This document shows positions 28,041 to 36,505 of a DNA stretch of 51,286 bases, piece by piece. The stretch covers positions 1 to 51,286 of the forward strand of contig JAQXVL010000005.1 in assembly GCA_029224905.1 (NCBI GenBank), read 5' to 3'. Under the pieces are notes generated by a model. That model did not search any database. It was not told where the DNA came from and was given only the letters and a program-made list of their open reading frames with translations. Origin of the DNA: Bacteroidales bacterium. Lineage in GTDB: Bacteria > Bacteroidota > Bacteroidia > Bacteroidales > Muribaculaceae. Numbering within the stretch: position 1 is the first letter of the stretch; each line of letters begins with the position of its first letter. The translations under genes and the position numbers were made by a program.

Positions 28041-28796
28041 TTACCATTGTTTACCCGTACGGCGACCACTCTTCATTTGGCGCATGCGAGCTTTATTGAC
28101 CTTATCTTGAGTATTTTTCTCCTCGTTTTGCATCGTTTGGAGAATCTGGTCGGCATTATCTTTGCTCATGCCGTTGTTGGGCTGATTGTTTTGGTTTTGA
28201 TTGTTCTGATTCTGATTTTGGTTTTGGTCCTTATTTTGGTCTTTATCTTTTTGGTCTTTTTGTTTGTCCTGACTCTTGTCTTGATTATCCTTGTCTTGGT
28301 TGTTTTGGTTTTGATTATTCTGATTGTTTTGCAATTGTTTTTGCGCCAGGCGAAGGTTTTGGCGAGCCTGATCGTCAGCCGGATTTGCGCGTAAAGAATT
28401 TTTGTAACAATCTATGCTCTTTTGGAAATCTTTTTGATTATAACTGATGTTACCCAAGTCGTACCAAGCCTTGGCGGCAAGTTGCTTGTTGGTCGACGAG
28501 CCGACTTCTTCGTAGAGTTTACGAGCTTGGTCGAGAATTCCGTTTTTAGTCGTATCGTTGGGATTGCTTTGGCGGACATACGTTGTTGCCAAATTGAATT
28601 TAGCCACGTCGGATGCCGGATTTTCCTGCAACGCTTTTTTGTAAAGTTTCTCGGCATCGCCGTAACGCTTGTCGTTATACATGGCGTTGCCTTCCTTGAT
28701 GTAATTACGCTCCTTTTTGGTGCTCGTTTGCGACAAGGCTACAACCGGCACCAAAAGCATTACCAATATTGTTAATAATTTATTCATTATCATCAA
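28041..28796 (-). CDS. batC: BatC-like TPR protein with Q/N/D/K low-complexity tail
   Basis: Signal peptide, TPR repeats (YGDAEKLYKKALQENP.., AWYDLGNISYNQKDFQKSIDCYKNSLRANP), then an NQ/DK-rich tract. Confidence 0.8.
   Translation of the reverse strand: MMIMNKLLTILVMLLVPVVALSQTSTKKERNYIKEGNAMYNDKRYGDAEKLYKKALQENPASDVAKFNLATTYVRQSNPNDTTKNGILDQARKLYEEVGSSTNKQLAAKAWYDLGNISYNQKDFQKSIDCYKNSLRANPADDQARQNLRLAQKQLQNNQNNQNQNNQDKDNQDKSQDKQKDQKDKDQNKDQNQNQNQNNQNQNNQPNNGMSKDNADQILQTMQNEEKNTQDKVNKARMRQMKSGRRTGKQW
28170..28345 (-). repeat. Low-complexity coding repeat (AAC/CAG/AAT/GAC/AAA-rich; encodes QNNQNNQNQNNQDKDNQDKSQDKQKDQKDKDQNKDQNQNQNQNNQNQNNQ) inside batC
   Basis: Directly visible as a degenerate TTG/GTT/TTT-rich run on the + strand. 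It generates the spurious hydrophobic antisense ORF 28047..28394. Confidence 0.85.
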
Positions 28797-28797
28797 T

Positions 28798-29832
28798 CTA
28801 CTTTGAAAAGAATGTAATTTTTCTAAGCCACGAAATCTTTCTATTCAGCACGAGAATATCCACGATAAGCAAAACGAGTAAGAACCATGCAAATATCGGG
28901 AACTGCTCGTCGCTGGGCGAAAAGACGGTTTTTTGAATATTCGATTTCGAAAGTTCTTTGAGTCGAGCATCGAGCGTCGAAAGAGCGTCGCTATTATTAG
29001 CCGACACGAATACGCCCTTTCCGGCTTTAGCCACATCGCGAGCTACTTGCTCGTTAGGCACGGAGATAACCATATTGCCGTATTCGTCTTTCATATAAGA
29101 GCCGTCGCCCATCGGAATGGGACCGCCCTTTTGTGTGCCGATACTAACGACATTGATTTGAATACCTTTGTCGTGCGCCTCTTCCGCAGCACCAACCGCG
29201 TCATCCTCGTGGTTTTCGCCATCTGTGATGATTATAATCGACTTTTGCGTCTTTTCGTCGGGTGTAAACGAATTGGCAGCCATTTTGATTGCAGCACCTA
29301 TAGCCGTACCCTGCGTGGGCACCATCGACGGGTTGATGTTTCCAAGGAACATTTTTGCGGACACAAAATCGGCGGTGATAGGGATTTGTGTATAGGCATC
29401 ACCGGCAAAGACGATAAGTCCGACCTTATCGTTGCCAAGTTTGTCGATAAGTTTCTCCAACATTTGTTTGGCTTTTTGCAAGCGGTTGATGCCTTGGGGG
29501 TCGTCTGTCGACGATGCCAGCATCGAGTTGGAAACGTCGAGCGCCACCATCACTTCTATACCTTGGACGTTGACAACTTGCTGATTGCTGTTCCCGACAG
29601 AGCGAGGACGCGCAAGCATAACGACCACCAACGCAATTGCCAACATCTCCAACGAGATTTTTACCCATGGCATATATTTCGACACGTCAGGCATTTGTCC
29701 GGACAGCACTTCCGGATTGCCATATCGTGCAATGTTTCTCTTTCTCAGCAGCCTTGACAGCAAAAACAGCCCGAAGACTATCGGAATCAAGAACAACAGA
29801 TATAATAATTTTGGATAAGCAAACGAAAACAT
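28798..29832 (-). CDS. batB: BatB-like von Willebrand factor A domain membrane protein
   Basis: N-terminal TM pair and a VWA MIDAS motif (ALDVSNSM ... ITDGENH). The start is taken at MFSFAYPKLLYL (29832), 10 nt downstream of the batA stop. The ORF track start at 29877 would overlap batA. Confidence 0.85.
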   Translation of the reverse strand: MFSFAYPKLLYLLFLIPIVFGLFLLSRLLRKRNIARYGNPEVLSGQMPDVSKYMPWVKISLEMLAIALVVVMLARPRSVGNSNQQVVNVQGIEVMVALDVSNSMLASSTDDPQGINRLQKAKQMLEKLIDKLGNDKVGLIVFAGDAYTQIPITADFVSAKMFLGNINPSMVPTQGTAIGAAIKMAANSFTPDEKTQKSIIIITDGENHEDDAVGAAEEAHDKGIQINVVSIGTQKGGPIPMGDGSYMKDEYGNMVISVPNEQVARDVAKAGKGVFVSANNSDALSTLDARLKELSKSNIQKTVFSPSDEQFPIFAWFLLVLLIVDILVLNRKISWLRKITFFSK

Positions 29833-29842
29833 AACAATTCTT

Positions 29843-30832
29843 TTATGGGATGTTGCGCAGTACAGTGTGACGAGCAATTATATCGATGAGCAAAAGCGCC
29901 AAAAGCAAGAGCGCCCAAGGCATATAATTGTCTTCCGTTTGATTGTATTTGCGAACATCAAGTTCTGTCTTTTCAAGTTTATCAATTTCGGTGAAAATCT
30001 CTTTCAGCACATGCTTACTTGTTGCTCTAAAATATTTTCCGCCGGTTTTGTTAGCGATATTTTTAAGCGTAGCTTCGTCGATAACGACCGGCAACTGTTG
30101 ATATTCCACTTTGCCATAGACGTTAACGCCAACCGGAAAAAGAGCCGAGCCGGTAGTGCCGACACCAATGGTATAAACTTTGATGCCATACTTCGCGGCA
30201 ATGTCGGCAGCAGTCAGCGGCGCAACGACGCCTGTATTGTTCGAGCCGTCGGTAAGAAGAATGATGCTTTTCGACTTTGCCTTGCCGTCTTTGATACGGT
30301 TGATGGCGGTAGCCAATCCGTCGCCGATGGCGGTTCCGTCTTCGAGCATACCCATCTTAATCTCTTTGATGTAGTTGACAAGCACAGCCTTATCGGTGGT
30401 CATAGGCACAAGCGTAAAGCTCTCGCCGGCAAAGATAACGATACCAATGTTGTCCGATTCGCGACCGTTGATAAATTTCGAAGCAACTTCTTTGGCGGCT
30501 TCAAAACGGTCGGGGTTAAAGTCTCTTGCCAACATACTCGTCGACACGTCGAGCGAAATCACGATGTCGGTACCTTCGGTCTTCGACGACTCCCAGCTGT
30601 CGTGAGTTTGCGGTCGACAAAGGATAATGATAACGCATCCCAAAGCGGCAAGTCGGACCACAAAAAGGAAATGCTTAAGATATACTTTATATGATGTCGG
30701 CAATTTTGAAAATGCGGAAACCGACGAAATCCGGACTGCGGCGTCCGATTTCTTGTTTTTCAAAATATACCAAACGATTAGCGGTATATATAAGAGAAAC
30801 AACCACAAGAATATTGGTTTTGCAAATTCCAT
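29843..30832 (-). CDS. batA: BatA-like von Willebrand factor A domain membrane protein
   Basis: MEFAKPIFLWLFLLYIPLIVWYIL N-terminus, VWA MIDAS motif (SLDVSTSM ... LTDGSNN) and a C-terminal TM helix. Confidence 0.88.
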   Translation of the reverse strand: MEFAKPIFLWLFLLYIPLIVWYILKNKKSDAAVRISSVSAFSKLPTSYKVYLKHFLFVVRLAALGCVIIILCRPQTHDSWESSKTEGTDIVISLDVSTSMLARDFNPDRFEAAKEVASKFINGRESDNIGIVIFAGESFTLVPMTTDKAVLVNYIKEIKMGMLEDGTAIGDGLATAINRIKDGKAKSKSIILLTDGSNNTGVVAPLTAADIAAKYGIKVYTIGVGTTGSALFPVGVNVYGKVEYQQLPVVIDEATLKNIANKTGGKYFRATSKHVLKEIFTEIDKLEKTELDVRKYNQTEDNYMPWALLLLALLLIDIIARHTVLRNIP

Positions 30833-30844
30833 TGTTCTACCTTT

Positions 30845-31840
30845 CTATTCTTTATTATTATCTGTTGATGTCTTGTTTTCCGAAGTTGCAGCCTCGTCGG
30901 CAACTTCTACAGGCTTGGTTTTCTCCAAGAATACCTTAGCCAAGCGATAGACTTGCTCGTTTTCGTCAGCCAAAGGACGGAACTTGGCAAACTTGACGAA
31001 GTCGGCGGCATTAAGAATCTCTTTCAATTCCGACTTGGCATCTTTAGCCTCTTCGTGATTGAGCACGTCAAGGATTTGAGTAGTGGTCATTTCCATAGCT
31101 TCGACACCGAAGCGACGAACGATGTAGTGACGAAGGATGTCGGTAATCTTAGAGTAATATTCTTTTTCCTGACCATTCTGCCATAGCGATTGCTCTTTGA
31201 GTTCGCTAAGAGCCTGCATAGCTTCTTCGTAAGGAGGCAACACCTTTGGCACGGGAATAAACGGCAATCGAATCGGCTTGCCTTGCTTGATGCGATAATA
31301 GATATAGAGACCTATTGCTATCAAAATCAGAACCGCTATATAAATCCACCAATAATCGGTAATAAAGTCCGGTAGAAAGTCGTACCATTTCGAGCCGGGG
31401 TCTTCAGCAGCCTTGTAGTCATGGATGTCTTTGAGCGAATCGACATCGACAGGTATCACCTTCAATGTCAGTTTATTAGTTTTAAACGTATCGCGACCGG
31501 CAATGTACAAGATCGGCGGCAATGAGTAAAGCCCCGAATCGAACGATTGTAGAATCAGCGTACGATTGATTTGCTCTCTGCCGTTGCCGATGTCGGAAGT
31601 GTCTGATTTAGCCCAACCAACGATTTCCACATTCTTCGTAAGAGTATCGCCCTCGTTAACCAAAATGTAGCCGGTTTTTCCTTTGTCTTGAACAATCTCC
31701 ATTTGCATTCCCACGACGTTACCCATCAACAACGTTGCCGAATCGAGTTTCGCTTTAAACGTGGTATTGCCGGCACGCGTCGCTGTCGAAATTGCCAATA
31801 GAGCAATTATAGCAAATGTGTATTTAATTGTTTTAATCAT
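30845..31840 (-). CDS. Bat-cluster membrane protein: N-terminal BatD-like beta domain fused to a DUF4381-like C-terminal part
   Basis: Signal peptide, a beta-rich ~150 aa region and a TM helix (WWIYIAVLILIAIGLYIYY). A helical tail follows (..PPYEEAMQALSELK...ILRHYIVRRFGVEAMEMTTTQIL..) resembling DUF4381 proteins found between DUF58 and batA. The assignment rests on layout and context only. Confidence 0.6.
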   Translation of the reverse strand: MIKTIKYTFAIIALLAISTATRAGNTTFKAKLDSATLLMGNVVGMQMEIVQDKGKTGYILVNEGDTLTKNVEIVGWAKSDTSDIGNGREQINRTLILQSFDSGLYSLPPILYIAGRDTFKTNKLTLKVIPVDVDSLKDIHDYKAAEDPGSKWYDFLPDFITDYWWIYIAVLILIAIGLYIYYRIKQGKPIRLPFIPVPKVLPPYEEAMQALSELKEQSLWQNGQEKEYYSKITDILRHYIVRRFGVEAMEMTTTQILDVLNHEEAKDAKSELKEILNAADFVKFAKFRPLADENEQVYRLAKVFLEKTKPVEVADEAATSENKTSTDNNKE

Positions 31841-31845
31841 ATTTT

Positions 31846-32721
31846 CTAATGAACTCCTCTTCGTTTAAATAAAGCCATCAATGCCTTGACATAGTCTTCG
31901 TCGGTGGCAATCGACGTAAAATCGACATTACACTTGCGCATACGTTCGCTCATCGTCAGTTGGCGTTCGTACCACCATCGGTCGTAGGCTTTCCGAACTT
32001 TTGAAGAGCCGGTATTGACCCACTTTTCAGCCTGAGTTTCAGAATCGTAGAACTTCACCAAACCGACGTTGGGCATCGAAGCATCGCGCTTATCGTAGAC
32101 CTGTACGGCTGTCAAGTCGTGCTTCTTGCCGGCAATAGTCATTGCCTTTGTATAGTCGTTGTCGTCGATAAAGTCGGATATCATAAACGTAGTGCACCGT
32201 TTTTTCAGCGCATCGGTAAGAAACTTCAGAGCAAACTCGATGTTAGTGCCGTTATTTTCCGGCTTGAAGTCGAGCAACTCGCGAAGAATCAGCAGCACAT
32301 GCTTTCTACCCTTCTTCGGCGGTATAAATTTTTCAATCTTATTCGAGAAGAAAATCACGCCGATTTTATCGTTGTTTTGGTCGGCAGAGAAAGCGAGTGT
32401 TCCGGCAATTTCCGCAATTTGCTCACGCTTGATAGAGCCGACAGCGCCGAAATTACCACTACCCGACACGTCGACAAGCAGCACCACGGTTAGCTCGCGT
32501 TCTTCCTCGTAGACCTTCACATACGAACGATTATGCCGAGCGGTTACATTCCAATCAATATCGCGAATGTCGTCGCCATATTGATATTCGCGAACTTCAG
32601 AGAAGGTCATACCGCGCCCTTTAAACGCAGAATGGTATTCTCCGGCAAAAATGTTTTGCGACAGTCCTCTCGTTTTGATTTCTATCTGCCGTACTTTTTT
32701 TAAAAGTTCTGTGGCATCCAT
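31846..32721 (-). CDS. DUF58 domain-containing protein (MoxR-associated VWA-like)
   Basis: Motif ..GEYHSAFKGRGMTFSEVREYQYGDDIRDIDWNVTAR... followed by LLVDVSGS. It is the canonical partner immediately downstream of a MoxR ATPase. Confidence 0.88.
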   Translation of the reverse strand: MDATELLKKVRQIEIKTRGLSQNIFAGEYHSAFKGRGMTFSEVREYQYGDDIRDIDWNVTARHNRSYVKVYEEERELTVVLLVDVSGSGNFGAVGSIKREQIAEIAGTLAFSADQNNDKIGVIFFSNKIEKFIPPKKGRKHVLLILRELLDFKPENNGTNIEFALKFLTDALKKRCTTFMISDFIDDNDYTKAMTIAGKKHDLTAVQVYDKRDASMPNVGLVKFYDSETQAEKWVNTGSSKVRKAYDRWWYERQLTMSERMRKCNVDFTSIATDEDYVKALMALFKRRGVH

Positions 32722-32732
32722 GTCAAAAACTA

Positions 32733-33728
32733 TTAAGGAACAATCACTTTATCGAGGATGGTGCTTATAATCTCGTCGGAAGAAATGTTGTTAGCTTCAG
32801 CCTCATAGGTCAAGCCGATACGGTGACGAAGCACATCGTGGCAAACGGCGCGCACGTCTTCCGGAATTACGAAGCCGCGACCGCGAAGGAAGGCGTATGC
32901 TCTCGAAGCAAGTGCCAAGCTGATTGATGCACGAGGTGATGCACCGAAAGAGATAATGCTTTGTAGTTCTGAGAGGCCGAATTCTGCCGGGAAACGGGTT
33001 GCAAACACGATGTCGACAATATATTTTTCAATCTTTTCGTCGATATAAATTTGATTTACAATCTTTTGAGTGTCAATAATGTCGGCAGGCGAAAGCAGGG
33101 GCTTCACTTCCGGCTTAATGTTGCTGATGTTTTGACGAATAATGGCTTTTTCTTCCTCTTTGCTCGGGTAAGAAATAACGACCTTCAACAAGAAACGGTC
33201 GACTTGCGCTTCGGGAAGCGGATATGTACCCTCTTGCTCAATCGGGTTCTGAGTAGCCATTACCAAGAAAGGCTCGTCGAGTGCGAAAGTAGTATCACCA
33301 ATCGTCACTTGACGCTCTTGCATAGCCTCGAGTAAAGCACTTTGCACTTTCGCCGGAGCACGGTTAATTTCGTCGGCAAGAACGAAATTGGCAAATACCG
33401 GACCTTTCTTTATCGTAAACTGCTCTTTCTGCACGCTGTACATCATCGTGCCGACAACATCGGCAGGAAGCAAGTCGGGCGTAAATTGGATTCTGCTGTA
33501 TTTGGCATCGATGATAGAAGCCAATGTTTTGATTGCTAATGTCTTTGCCAAGCCGGGAACACCTTCCAACAACACGTGTCCGTTCGACAATAAGGCTATC
33601 AGTAACGAGTCAACTAAATGCTTTTGACCTACGATGGTCTGATTCATTCCTTGGTTTACTAAGTTGACTACTCCGCTTTTTGTGGCGATTAAATCATTCA
33701 ACTCTCTGATGTTAACTGATTCACTCAT
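32733..33728 (-). CDS. MoxR-family AAA+ ATPase
   Basis: Motifs HVLLEGVPGLAKT (Walker A), VLADEINRA (Walker B), LLEAMQERQVT, ATQNPIEQEGTYPLPEAQ.DRF and an ASPRA C-terminal lid. Length is 331 aa. Confidence 0.92.
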   Translation of the reverse strand: MSESVNIRELNDLIATKSGVVNLVNQGMNQTIVGQKHLVDSLLIALLSNGHVLLEGVPGLAKTLAIKTLASIIDAKYSRIQFTPDLLPADVVGTMMYSVQKEQFTIKKGPVFANFVLADEINRAPAKVQSALLEAMQERQVTIGDTTFALDEPFLVMATQNPIEQEGTYPLPEAQVDRFLLKVVISYPSKEEEKAIIRQNISNIKPEVKPLLSPADIIDTQKIVNQIYIDEKIEKYIVDIVFATRFPAEFGLSELQSIISFGASPRASISLALASRAYAFLRGRGFVIPEDVRAVCHDVLRHRIGLTYEAEANNISSDEIISTILDKVIVP

Positions 33729-33770
33729 TTTATTATTCTGTTTATATTACTATATCTATTTAATTGTCTG

Positions 33771-33778
33771 CAAATATA
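33771..33778 (-). promoter_or_regulatory. -7 promoter box TATATTTG (minus strand) for the moxR-bat operon
   Basis: The + strand reads CAAATATA, an exact TAnnTTTG on the coding strand 43 nt upstream of the moxR ATG (33728). Confidence 0.5.
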
Positions 33779-33916
33779 TCCAATACCGCTCAAACTTCGA
33801 TAAAAATTCTCGTTAATTAATTGTATTTTAAGTTTACAATGTTAAAGGATTTGTTAATATTTTCAAACCCATTTACATCCATTTTCTTTTTACGCACTGA
33901 TTATCAACAATCTGCA

Positions 33917-33967
33917 GCAAAAAGCAATATCCTTTGGTTCTTTATTAGAAACGAACCAAAGGATATT
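33917..33967 (-). terminator. Rho-independent terminator of the thr operon
   Basis: A perfect 15-bp stem AATATCCTTTGGTTC / GAACCAAAGGATATT (33926-33940 / 33953-33967). On the minus strand it is followed by GCTTTTTGC. It lies 26 nt downstream of the thrC stop. Confidence 0.85.
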
Positions 33968-33992
33968 ATTTCAGTACTAATTGACCTTCTTT

Positions 33993-35300
33993 TTAGAAGG
34001 ATAATAGTAATTTCTTGAAATCTCTAAAGTCTTTTGAGAGTTTTATAGTATCTTTCTCGCCTTTCATAAACTCTTGCAAGCGTTGCGGTATGCTAACTTC
34101 GCTATCGATGATGCCTTCAACCGTTTCTTTAAACTTGGCTGGATGAGCAGTTTCGAGGAAAACGCCCACTTCGCCGGGACGGAGACCTTCGCAAAGCGAA
34201 CGATAGCCGCAAGCGCCGTGCGGGTCGAGCAGATAGTGGGTTTCGGCATAGGTTGCCGCCAGTGTCTCTGCTATTTGCTCGTCGGTGTAACTATAACAAG
34301 TAATGTCGTTGCAGATTGCAGCATGCGAATGTCCGTAAAGGTCGAGAACGCGAGCAAAATTGCTCGGATTGCCGACGTCCATAGCATTAGCAATGGTTTG
34401 CACCGAAGGCTTTGGTTCGTAAACGCCTGTACGGCAGTAGTTGAAGAACACGTCGTTTCTATTATTCGCCGCGATAAAACGCTTTATTGGCAATCCCATT
34501 TGCTTGCCGATAAGTCCGGAAGTGATGTTTCCGAAATTACCGCTCGGCACGGAAACTACGACGTTCGACAAGTCTGCGCCTTGTTTTGCCAATTGGGCAT
34601 AAGCGTAGAAATAATAGAACATTTGCGGCATAAAGCGAGCAATGTTAATCGAATTTGCGCTTGTCAATTTATGCTTGTTATTTAGTTCGTCGTCCAAGAA
34701 TGCCGTCTTGACAAGAGCCTGACAATCGTCGAACGTGCCGTTGACTTCGATTGCAAAGATGTTTTTGCCAAGCGTCGTGAATTGCGACTCTTGGATTTTG
34801 CTTACTTTTCCCGACGGATACAACACGAACACGCGAACACCTTCGACTCCCAAGAAACCGTTAGCCACAGCGCTTCCCGTATCGCCGGAAGTAGCCACGA
34901 GCACGTTGACCGGACGTTTGTCGTCCGACAAAGCGTTAAAATAGCCGAGAAGACGCGCCATAAATCGGGCGCCGACGTCTTTGAAAGCCAGCGTAGGTCC
35001 GTGGAAGAGTTCAAGCGAATACTTATTGTCGGCAACCTTGACCAACGGAATGTCGAAATTGAGAGCATCGTAGACGATGTCCTTCAAATCGGAAGAAGGT
35101 ACATCTTCGCCGAAAAGCGTATTTGCAACAGCATACGAAATTTCTTGCAACGTCAGATTGCCGATATTGTTGAAGAACGCCGTTGGCAATTCTTTTATTT
35201 GTTCGGGCATATATAGACCTTTGTCGGGCGCAAGACCTTTGACAACGGCTTCTGCCAACGAAACCATCGGCGATTTTTTATTTGTGCTATAGTATCTCAT
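33993..35300 (-). CDS. thrC: Threonine synthase
   Basis: 435 aa. Starts MRYYSTN..., with FHGPTLAFKDVG (PLP lysine), ATSGDTGSA and SANSINIAR. Confidence 0.93.
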   Translation of the reverse strand: MRYYSTNKKSPMVSLAEAVVKGLAPDKGLYMPEQIKELPTAFFNNIGNLTLQEISYAVANTLFGEDVPSSDLKDIVYDALNFDIPLVKVADNKYSLELFHGPTLAFKDVGARFMARLLGYFNALSDDKRPVNVLVATSGDTGSAVANGFLGVEGVRVFVLYPSGKVSKIQESQFTTLGKNIFAIEVNGTFDDCQALVKTAFLDDELNNKHKLTSANSINIARFMPQMFYYFYAYAQLAKQGADLSNVVVSVPSGNFGNITSGLIGKQMGLPIKRFIAANNRNDVFFNYCRTGVYEPKPSVQTIANAMDVGNPSNFARVLDLYGHSHAAICNDITCYSYTDEQIAETLAATYAETHYLLDPHGACGYRSLCEGLRPGEVGVFLETAHPAKFKETVEGIIDSEVSIPQRLQEFMKGEKDTIKLSKDFRDFKKLLLSF

Positions 35301-36505
35301 ATCTTAAAAAATTCTTTAATAAATTCATCAGCATCAAGCGTTCCGTACGAACCATTCTGCGCCGACGTTTCGTTATATTCGTCGATTCCGTCCGGAGTAA
35401 TGCCGTTGCGATAAATCATAAACGGCACCGGATTTGCGGAATGAGTGCGTAGTCGGCACGGTGTTGGATGGTCGGGAAGTACGGCAATGGCAACAGGTTC
35501 ATCCATACTGTTTGCCGCCTCTAAAATCGGTTTAGCAATAAGTCGGTCGAGCGATTCCACGGTTTTTACCTTCAGCGCCACATCGCCTTCGTGACCTGCC
35601 TCGTCGCTTGCTTCGACATGGACAAAAACAAAGTCGGTCTCTTTCATCGCCTTAACGGCAGCCTCGGCTTTACCTTTATAATTGGTATTCCACAGACCCG
35701 TTGCACCGTCGACGATTATAGGTTTCAGCCCGGCATAGAGTCCGATGCCGCGAATCAAATCGACCGCCGAAATCACCGCTCCCGAGCCGATGCCGAATCG
35801 CTCTTGCAGCGTTTGCATCTTTGGTCGATAGCCCGGCGACCACGGCCAAATACTGTTTGCCGGGTCTTTGCCTTCGGATATGCGTTTGAGGTTAACGGGA
35901 TGCTCCGATAGCAGTTTCTGCGACTTGATTATCAACGAATTGATGAGTTCAGCCGTTGCTTCAGCCTCCGGCGAGCAAGCCCGAACGAGAACGTCTTTGA
36001 ACGGTGTTCCGGGCACGTCGTGCGGCGGCGTACACTCGATGGCTTTACATCCGTCTTTGATTTTCAGCAAATGGCGGTACGACACACCGGGATAGAACGA
36101 CACGCGCTCGTCGCCTAATTTTTCGTTAAGATAATCAATCAACACCTTTGCCTCTTCGTTGGAAATGTGTCCGGCTGAATGATTCTTTATCAATCCGTTC
36201 TCGATGCAAATAATGTTGCACCGCATAGCCATTTCGCCCGGCAGAATGTCGATGCCCATACTTGCCGCTTCCAGCGAGCCGCGTCCTTCGAAGGACTCGT
36301 CTAAATCGTAGCCAAGCACAGCCATATTTGCCACCTCGCTACCGGGATGGTATCCCGCAGGAACTGTCTTGAGCATTCCCATGCGAGAATGTTTTGCCAG
36401 CCAATCGAATGTCGGCGTTTCGGCATATTGCAATGGCGTTTTGCCGCCTAACTCTTCGATAGGCTCGTCAGCCATGCCGTCGCCCAATATAATTAAACGT
36501 TTCAT
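35297..36505 (-). CDS. Cofactor-independent phosphoglycerate mutase (archaeal ApgM-type) homologue, probable non-orthologous homoserine kinase of the thr operon
   Basis: Motifs ILGDGMADEP, HSAGHISNEE, HVEASDEAGHEGD and LPDHPTP, as in the alkaline-phosphatase-superfamily iPGM family. It overlaps thrA by 1 nt and thrC by 4 nt, in the slot normally occupied by thrB. Confidence 0.8.
   Translation of the reverse strand: MKRLIILGDGMADEPIEELGGKTPLQYAETPTFDWLAKHSRMGMLKTVPAGYHPGSEVANMAVLGYDLDESFEGRGSLEAASMGIDILPGEMAMRCNIICIENGLIKNHSAGHISNEEAKVLIDYLNEKLGDERVSFYPGVSYRHLLKIKDGCKAIECTPPHDVPGTPFKDVLVRACSPEAEATAELINSLIIKSQKLLSEHPVNLKRISEGKDPANSIWPWSPGYRPKMQTLQERFGIGSGAVISAVDLIRGIGLYAGLKPIIVDGATGLWNTNYKGKAEAAVKAMKETDFVFVHVEASDEAGHEGDVALKVKTVESLDRLIAKPILEAANSMDEPVAIAVLPDHPTPCRLRTHSANPVPFMIYRNGITPDGIDEYNETSAQNGSYGTLDADEFIKEFFKI

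Noticed and set aside
28047-28394. 115-aa extremely hydrophobic + strand ORF (LVLILVLIVL...) that looks like a membrane peptide.
   Set aside because: It is the reverse complement of the BatC Q/N/D/K codon repeat, so the hydrophobicity is a compositional artefact.
33821-34018. 65-aa + strand ORF in the moxR-thrC spacer.
   Set aside because: It runs straight through the 15-bp thr-operon terminator hairpin and into the thrC 3' end. It is AT-rich with no promoter box or RBS-like context, so it is most likely non-coding.
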